From contig DXZL01000001.1 in NCBI GenBank assembly GCA_019419725.1, positions 1-45,170 on the forward strand: a stretch of DNA of 45,170 nucleotides, in the 5' to 3' direction. The translations under genes and the position numbers were made by a program. The notes below the pieces were generated by a model, which did no database searches, was not told the origin of the DNA, and worked only from the letters and a program-made list of their open reading frames with translations. Shown piece by piece: positions 38,224-45,170 of this stretch; within the stretch, counting starts at the first letter, position 1, and every line of letters starts with the position of its first letter. Origin of the DNA: Veillonella sp. (GTDB lineage: Bacteria; Bacillota; Negativicutes; Veillonellales; Veillonellaceae).

Positions 38224-39567
38224 TCATTTTATAATTACAATATCCTCATAGGTCGTAGGATTTGAAGTCGCTTTATGAACGTATGTATCATTGACTACTA
38301 AATCAACACTACCTTGATTCGATAATTCAGCACCATCCACGACGCCTAGTTTGGATAATAGTTGAGCCCCTTCTTGTTGTGTAACCCCTACAGATTGAAG
38401 CCCAGCTTTATCAACAGTGAGCACCACCAAATTATGATCTTTAGTAGTTCCTATAAAACTACGAGCTTTATTATGGGTCCCATCAGCACCAACATAGTTA
38501 CCATTTTTCAAAACCATAGTACCTGCTTGTAAAGCTGCTCCACCAGTGGTATTCACTTGTGCCAACTCCGGTCTATTTTGAATCGTAATCGGTGTGCCCA
38601 CCTTTAATTTACGTAACGCATCCCTAGATTCTCCATGACCAGATAATACGTATTGGTTTTCTCCAATTTTAGAATTCCCTTTTTGACCACTAACCACCTT
38701 GCCATTAGCTACAGTCACTTCGTATCCAAAGTCATTAGTCTTTGTAGATGCCCCATACGCTGATGTATATAGAGTCAAAGCATTTTCTTTACGACTTGTA
38801 TTAACAGAGGTAATCAGGAATGTATCCTTCTGTGTTTTAGCCTGTAGTAAAGGTCTTTTTTCTTCAATAAAATATCCACGATTTGGTGTATATCGCAAGG
38901 TGCCACGATTAGAAATACGCTCTAAGTCAATCGTTCCATCACTAGCTACTGAATAAGGACGATCAAAACTACTACCTTTTACCTTTGCGCCAATTATGGC
39001 AGTATGCGATTGAACTACAGATGATAAGAGTTTACCTTCCGAAACATGAGCGACCAACATAGGTGAATCATTGTCCACAGATAATGCAAAGGCTTGGATT
39101 TTGCCTTCTGCTACAGTGTTATTAATCTTGCTATACGTAACAGATTTATTTACATCCTTTGTTGTTTGTTGAGCATAGCTAGAAAATAAATCCACAACAA
39201 TACGCGATGGCTTCTCCAATGTAAATTCATGATGTTGTACATCCTTGTTAGCCGTCAATGTTACTTGCAAAGATCCATTAACAGGTTGTAAGCCAATGCC
39301 TTTTAAAACACCTGTTTTTGTATTATTTTGCGCTATAGGACCCGTCAATCCATTTGTAGTACCACCAAGGTTAAGTGTAAGGGCATGTGTGGACTCATTA
39401 TAAGACTTAGTCCAAGATACAGGCATTTCAGATACATCCAATACGATTCGACTTGTACCTTCGTGATTAGAAACACGTACGCCGGTTAAATTTCCAGCTT
39501 CCGCATAAGGTATTGTGCTGCCTAGAAAGCCTAACACAGCAAAAGTCATATATAAATATCGTTTCAT
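38224..39567 (-). CDS. Secreted AMIN-domain + phosphodiester glycosidase (NAGPA)-like protein
   Basis: Signal peptide ending AEA; AMIN pattern (VRV...TSRIVLD...LEKPSRIVVDL); C-terminal ARSFIG...LTVD...GVT..E.AQLL..LG..DG pattern of the NAGPA family. Confidence 0.72.
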   Translation of the reverse strand: MKRYLYMTFAVLGFLGSTIPYAEAGNLTGVRVSNHEGTSRIVLDVSEMPVSWTKSYNESTHALTLNLGGTTNGLTGPIAQNNTKTGVLKGIGLQPVNGSLQVTLTANKDVQHHEFTLEKPSRIVVDLFSSYAQQTTKDVNKSVTYSKINNTVAEGKIQAFALSVDNDSPMLVAHVSEGKLLSSVVQSHTAIIGAKVKGSSFDRPYSVASDGTIDLERISNRGTLRYTPNRGYFIEEKRPLLQAKTQKDTFLITSVNTSRKENALTLYTSAYGASTKTNDFGYEVTVANGKVVSGQKGNSKIGENQYVLSGHGESRDALRKLKVGTPITIQNRPELAQVNTTGGAALQAGTMVLKNGNYVGADGTHNKARSFIGTTKDHNLVVLTVDKAGLQSVGVTQQEGAQLLSKLGVVDGAELSNQGSVDLVVNDTYVHKATSNPTTYEDIVIIK

Positions 39568-39646
39568 TTACAATTCCTCTATAGCGACAACTCATATTAA
39601 TAGATTTATATTCATACATCAATTTTATACAATATACTTTTACTAT

Positions 39647-39675
39647 AGTATACATCATATAGATGAAAATTACAA
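39647..39675 (-). promoter_or_regulatory. SigA-type promoter of the AMIN-domain gene
   Basis: Minus strand TTGTAA-17 nt-TATACT. Confidence 0.62.
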
Positions 39676-39686
39676 AAAGGATGCAC

Positions 39687-39751
39687 AAAAAAAGAAGTTA
39701 CTATCTACGGTCATTCCATTTTTCAATGGCCTATCTATAAATAGTAACTTC
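39687..39751 (-). terminator. Terminator after mreB
   Basis: GAAGTTACTAT / ATAGTAACTTC 11-bp arms with an inner partial stem, then T7 on the minus strand. Confidence 0.7.
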
Positions 39752-39782
39752 CTCAAATTTTACATTATTTCAATGAAATATT

Positions 39783-41177
39783 TTATTGTAATTCATCCAA
39801 TGTATCGCGCAATTGTGACATTTCATCAAGAGCTTTTGCAACCCCTTTGATAACAGCATATCGCGGAGACTCTACCAAATAAGATGCAATACCAACAGAA
39901 CGTGTAATAACACGATCTAAACCATCGATGAGAGCACCGCCACCTGTCAAAATGATACCATGATCATTAATGGCTGCTACAAGTTCTGGAGGTGTTTTTT
40001 CTAAAATCGATTTAATGCCTTCTAGAATATTCATCACTTGCGCCTCTAAGGCACGTTGAATTTCTAAGGAATTAACAGCAACCATCTTAGGTAGTCCAGA
40101 GCTAGCATCACGCCCTCTAACCTCTATAGTTCGTTCTTTAGCACGTCGATCTACGGTACCAACAGAAATCTTTATCTTTTCTGCTGTTAAAGGTCCAATA
40201 ACAAGTCGCTTCTTACGACGTATATAGCGAATAATAGATTCATTGAAGGAATCTCCCCCAATGCGAAGGGATTCACTCACAACAACGCCAGTATCACAAA
40301 GAACGGCAATATCAGTAGTACCGCCACCTACATCGACAACCATAGCTCCAACTTGGTCAGCATCATTGAGACCTGTACCCATAGCAGCTGCTAATGGTTC
40401 CTCTATAAGAACAGTCTTTTTAGCGCCTGTTCTAAGTAAAGCCTCTAAAATAGCACGTTTTTCAACAGGCGTAATTCCAGATGGCACACATACAATAATA
40501 CGCGTTTTCATCAATCTAGAAGCAGGCACAACGGAACGAATAAAGTATTTTAACATAAATTCGGTCATATCGTAATCTGCGATAACACCCGCTTGAACAG
40601 GACGAATAACAGATATGCCTTTAGGTGTACGCCCAACCATAGAACGTGCAGCTTCACCTAACGCGAGAATATCTCCGGTTTTATCATCACGCGCAATATA
40701 GGCAGGCTCATCTAAGACTAGCCCTTTCCCTTTAGCAAAGATAAGAATATTGGCAGTTCCCAAATCTATACCTAAGTCAAAATTCAATGAACGATTCAAT
40801 CGTCCCATTAAATCGCCTACTTGTTCAGGACGAACTAATCGCTTTAATGTCATAGCAGGTGTAGTTTTCGCTATGGCAACAGTCTCACGATTACGACGCT
40901 CAACACGGCGCATTTTGGTGACTTTAACCATTGCTTCCCGCATATTGGAAGCCAAATGGCTAGCTTGCTTAGCTACGCCCTCTGAAAGCTTCGTAGACTT
41001 GCGTTTCGTTCTTCGTAATGGTTTGCGATTAGAACTAGTTTTAGCATTTTCAACCTTTGCAGCACCTAAGTTTTGTTGCTCGTTGTATAAAGCCGGCCCT
41101 TTTGAGCGCCGGCTTCGTTTCTTTTTATTCTGTTTTGGCTCTGTACTTTTATTCGTCAACCCGAACAATATCAGCAC
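39783..41177 (-). CDS. mreB: MreB/Mbl family actin-like protein (start uncertain: 41177, 41159 or 40808)
   Basis: [53 protein letters not shown]. Confidence 0.93.
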   Translation of the reverse strand: MLILFGLTNKSTEPKQNKKKRSRRSKGPALYNEQQNLGAAKVENAKTSSNRKPLRRTKRKSTKLSEGVAKQASHLASNMREAMVKVTKMRRVERRNRETVAIAKTTPAMTLKRLVRPEQVGDLMGRLNRSLNFDLGIDLGTANILIFAKGKGLVLDEPAYIARDDKTGDILALGEAARSMVGRTPKGISVIRPVQAGVIADYDMTEFMLKYFIRSVVPASRLMKTRIIVCVPSGITPVEKRAILEALLRTGAKKTVLIEEPLAAAMGTGLNDADQVGAMVVDVGGGTTDIAVLCDTGVVVSESLRIGGDSFNESIIRYIRRKKRLVIGPLTAEKIKISVGTVDRRAKERTIEVRGRDASSGLPKMVAVNSLEIQRALEAQVMNILEGIKSILEKTPPELVAAINDHGIILTGGGALIDGLDRVITRSVGIASYLVESPRYAVIKGVAKALDEMSQLRDTLDELQ

Positions 41178-42414
41178 CTAACCTTTGCAATTTACCTACG
41201 AAATCATCATAACCACGATCGATATGATGTAGACGACCTACTTCAGTTCTACCTTCTGCAGTCAACGCAGCACAAACAAGAGCCGCACCTGCACGCAAGT
41301 CTGTAGCATTAACTACAGCACCATGTAAGCGTGGCATACCTTCGACAATCGCCTGACGATTGTCGATATCGATATGGGCACCCATTTTGCGAAGCTCCGC
41401 AACGTGCATGAAGCGATTTTCAAATACAGTTTCTGTTACAGTACTTGTACCTTCAGCGATTGTAGTAAGCGCCATAAATTGAGCTTGCATATCTGTTGGG
41501 AAACCTGGGTATGGTAATGTTTTAATATCAACAGCTTTAATACCTTTGCCAGTACTGATAACGCGAATACCATCAATTTCTTCCTCTACAGTAACGCCAG
41601 CTTCTTTTAACTTAGCTACTACTGGTTTCAAATGTTCTGGCAATGCATTTTCTACAAATACGTCGCCACCAGCCATAGCAGCGGCAATCAAATATGTACC
41701 AGCTTCGATACGGTCAGGAATAACCGTATGAATTGCACCATGTAATTGAGGCACACCTTCAATGCGAATTACATTTGTACCAGCACCGCGAATATTAGCG
41801 CCCATTGCATTCAAGAATGTTGCTAAATCAACGATTTCAGGTTCTTCCGCAGCATTTTCGATAACAGTTTTACCTTCAGCCATGGAAGCTGCCATAATTA
41901 CGTTTTCTGTAGCCCCTACACTTGGGAAATCCAAGTAAATTTGAGTGCCTTTAAGACCTTCTGGAGCATGAGCATATACATAATCTTCAGTAATTTCAAT
42001 TTTAGCACCTAGTGCTTCGAATGCTTTTAGGTGAAGATCGATAGGACGTGCACCAATCGCACAACCACCTGGCATGGAGATTTTAGCCTCCCCTTTGCGC
42101 GCTAAAAGCGGCCCCATTACGAGGAAAGATGCACGCATTTTGCGTACAAGCTCATAAGGAGCTTCCGTAGCAGTCAATATAGACGCATCGAAGATAATTT
42201 CATCATCTGCTTTATTACGAGTAATTTTAACCCCCAAAGACTCGATAACTTGGCAAATTGTACCTACATCTTCCAAATTTGGAATTTCAAGTAATTTACT
42301 AGGTGTTGATGCTAGCAAAGTACCGGCAATAATAGGGAGTACCGCATTTTTAGCACTACTAACACGTACACGGCCTTCCAACCGGTTGCCACCTTGAATG
42401 ATTAGCTTTTCCAA
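41149..42414 (-). CDS. murA: UDP-N-acetylglucosamine 1-carboxyvinyltransferase
   Basis: [45 protein letters not shown] start with AGGAGG RBS. Confidence 0.97.
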   Translation of the reverse strand: MEKLIIQGGNRLEGRVRVSSAKNAVLPIIAGTLLASTPSKLLEIPNLEDVGTICQVIESLGVKITRNKADDEIIFDASILTATEAPYELVRKMRASFLVMGPLLARKGEAKISMPGGCAIGARPIDLHLKAFEALGAKIEITEDYVYAHAPEGLKGTQIYLDFPSVGATENVIMAASMAEGKTVIENAAEEPEIVDLATFLNAMGANIRGAGTNVIRIEGVPQLHGAIHTVIPDRIEAGTYLIAAAMAGGDVFVENALPEHLKPVVAKLKEAGVTVEEEIDGIRVISTGKGIKAVDIKTLPYPGFPTDMQAQFMALTTIAEGTSTVTETVFENRFMHVAELRKMGAHIDIDNRQAIVEGMPRLHGAVVNATDLRAGAALVCAALTAEGRTEVGRLHHIDRGYDDFVGKLQRLGADIVRVDE

Positions 42415-42495
42415 CAGAATTCCTCCTACACTTTATATCGATCATCTTGTATGAACTACAAGACGTTGTATTTATAACGTCATATACTAAATGTT

Positions 42496-42525
42496 ATTAT
42501 ACTATTTTTCGATATATCTCATCAA
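42496..42525 (-). promoter_or_regulatory. SigA-type promoter of murA-mreB
   Basis: Minus strand TTGATG-18 nt-TATAAT. Confidence 0.55.
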
Positions 42526-42547
42526 GAGACTGTGAGAAAATACTGAG

Positions 42548-42573
42548 AAAAAAAGCCCCTCATTTTGAGGGGC
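42548..42573 (-). terminator. Terminator after glpX
   Basis: GCCCCTCA-3 nt-TGAGGGGC stem followed by T7 on the minus strand. Confidence 0.88.
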
Positions 42574-42580
42574 CTAATTA

Positions 42581-43543
42581 TTATTTTGCTTTTAAGGATT
42601 TTAGTTTCTCATCCATATGCACTGTATCTAAGAAACGAACAGTACCTGTTTTAGAACGCATTACGATAGTATGTGTACGCGCACCACCTGGGAAGTATTG
42701 AATAGCATTCAATAAGTTACCGCGAGTAATAGCAGTAGCTGCAAAGATAACATCATCTGTACGAACTAAATCATCCAATGTAAGCACTTGATTTACATCG
42801 GTAATGCCCATTTCATGACAACGACGAATTTCTTCTTCTGTTTCTGGTTTTAAGCGCGCTTGCATATCGCCACCTACGCATTTTAAAGCTGCTGCAGCCA
42901 ATACGCCTTCTGGTGCACCACCAGTACCAACAACCATGTGCACACCAGAACCTTCGATACAACATTCCATAGCTGGGTTAACATCGCCATCAGAAATTAA
43001 CATAATACGTGCGCCAAGATCACGCGCTTCTTTCATCAAACCATGATGACGCTCACGATCAAGCATTACAAGTGTAATTTCATCAACATTGCGATTCATT
43101 TTTGCAGCTACATTTTTAATATTTTCTGTTAAAGATTTTGTAATATCGATAGCACCTGCACCACGAGGACCAACACAAAGTTTTTCCATGTACATATCTG
43201 GCGCATGTAACAAGCCACCTTTTTCAGCAATAGCCATAACTGCAATCGCACCATTTTGGCCTTTTGCAATCAAGTTTGTGCCTTCAATAGGGTCAACTGC
43301 GATGTCTACTTCTGGGCCACCCGCACCTACATGTTCACCAATATAAAGCATAGGTGCTTCATCGATTTCGCCTTCACCAATAACTACTGTACCAGAAATA
43401 CGAACAGAGTCAAATGCTTGACGCATTGCGTCTACAGCAAGACCATCCGCTGCATCCTTTTGACCGCGACCAAGTAAACGACCACTGCGCAAAGCAGCCG
43501 CTTCAACGACACGAGCAAATTCCAAAGATAATGTACGATCCAT
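42581..43543 (-). CDS. glpX: Class II fructose-1,6-bisphosphatase
   Basis: VVIGEGEIDEAPML, AVDPIEGT, APDMYMEK, DGDV, GGAPEGV. Confidence 0.96.
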   Translation of the reverse strand: MDRTLSLEFARVVEAAALRSGRLLGRGQKDAADGLAVDAMRQAFDSVRISGTVVIGEGEIDEAPMLYIGEHVGAGGPEVDIAVDPIEGTNLIAKGQNGAIAVMAIAEKGGLLHAPDMYMEKLCVGPRGAGAIDITKSLTENIKNVAAKMNRNVDEITLVMLDRERHHGLMKEARDLGARIMLISDGDVNPAMECCIEGSGVHMVVGTGGAPEGVLAAAALKCVGGDMQARLKPETEEEIRRCHEMGITDVNQVLTLDDLVRTDDVIFAATAITRGNLLNAIQYFPGGARTHTIVMRSKTGTVRFLDTVHMDEKLKSLKAK

Positions 43544-43609
43544 AATAGGCCTCCTTATAAGTCCTGTGTGTATTGTAATATGACCCTTACATCGAGCCGA
43601 ATACTTAAC

Positions 43610-44254
43610 TTATTGATTAGCTTGTTTCCAATCTGCCATAAATTTTTCAAGCCCTGCATCTGTTAGTGGATGTTTCATAGCTTGCATAAGCACTTTAAAT
43701 GGCACAGTTGCAATATGAGCACCAGCTTTTGCACATTGAATGATATGCAATGGTGTTCTCACACTAGCCGCAATAATTTCAGTTTCAATGCCATGAATAG
43801 CAAATATATCTGCAATATCTTGAATCAATGTAAGACCATCCATACTGATATCATCAATACGGCCAACAAATGGGCTCACATAGGTAGCACCTGCACGAGC
43901 TGCTAATAAGGCTTGGTTGGCAGAGAAGATTAAGGTTACATTAGTTTTAATGCCTTCTTTGCTTAAAACTGCAACAGCTTTAAGACCTTCTGGAGTCATA
44001 GGCACTTTAATAACTACATTAGAGCCTAATTTTACAAGCTCATGAGCTTCCCCGATCATACCTTCTGCATCAGAAGCAATAACCTCTGCACTCACAGGGC
44101 CCTCTACCAAATTAGCGATTTCAGAAATAACTTGTTTTAAATCGCGTTTAGCTTTCACGATAAGGGATGGATTAGTAGTAACACCATCGATAAAACCAAA
44201 AGCATACGCCTCTTTAATCTCATCAAATTCTGCTGTATCAATAAAGAACTTCAT
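43610..44254 (-). CDS. Transaldolase / fructose-6-phosphate aldolase family (short type)
   Basis: [42 protein letters not shown]. The SPF motif favours transaldolase. Confidence 0.93.
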   Translation of the reverse strand: MKFFIDTAEFDEIKEAYAFGFIDGVTTNPSLIVKAKRDLKQVISEIANLVEGPVSAEVIASDAEGMIGEAHELVKLGSNVVIKVPMTPEGLKAVAVLSKEGIKTNVTLIFSANQALLAARAGATYVSPFVGRIDDISMDGLTLIQDIADIFAIHGIETEIIAASVRTPLHIIQCAKAGAHIATVPFKVLMQAMKHPLTDAGLEKFMADWKQANQ

Positions 44255-44267
44255 AGAATGCCCCCTC

Positions 44268-45170
<903 letters not shown>

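Noticed and set aside
41149..42414. murA as a fosfomycin-resistant variant
   Set aside because: The active-site Cys (GGCAIG) is retained.
42445..42481. Two overlapping short hairpins in the murA leader as a riboswitch
   Set aside because: Stems are only 6-7 bp, with no recognisable aptamer or expression platform.

Overview
This window contains 39 protein-coding genes, all on the minus strand. It is the outer-membrane (OM) biogenesis cluster of a diderm Firmicute (Negativicutes, very probably Veillonella). In transcription order: serS (partial), transaldolase, glpX | murA, mreB/mbl | AMIN + phosphodiester-glycosidase-like gene, small secreted biotinyl/lipoyl-fold gene, SpoIVB-like S55 peptidase, mlaE, mlaF, mlaD (beta-barrel type), tolC | tamB, bamA, three skp/ompH, lpxD, acyltransferase | lpxC, fabZ, lpxA | lpxI, lpxB, msbA, waaA, lpxK, kdsB, kdsA, kdsD, kdsC, second acyltransferase, lptC, lptA, lptB, a single lptF/G, DUF3084 | YqgF-like gene, YitT, signal peptidase I | ompM (SLH porin, partial, absent from the ORF track). 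I saw no RNA genes, CRISPR arrays or mobile elements. The cluster as a whole, OmpM tethering and the trans-envelope MlaD are already known for this lineage. The best candidates for undescribed biology are: (1) a six-gene operon, bounded by a promoter and a terminator, that joins a lysine-less secreted lipoyl-fold protein and a circularly permuted SpoIVB-type protease to mlaEFD-tolC; (2) the DUF3084 periplasmic coiled-coil protein behind lptF/G; (3) a degenerate AMIN-NAGPA pseudoenzyme; (4) a 123-codon basic N-terminal extension on MreB; (5) several structured intergenic RNA elements. All family calls come from motif recognition by eye; no searches were run.
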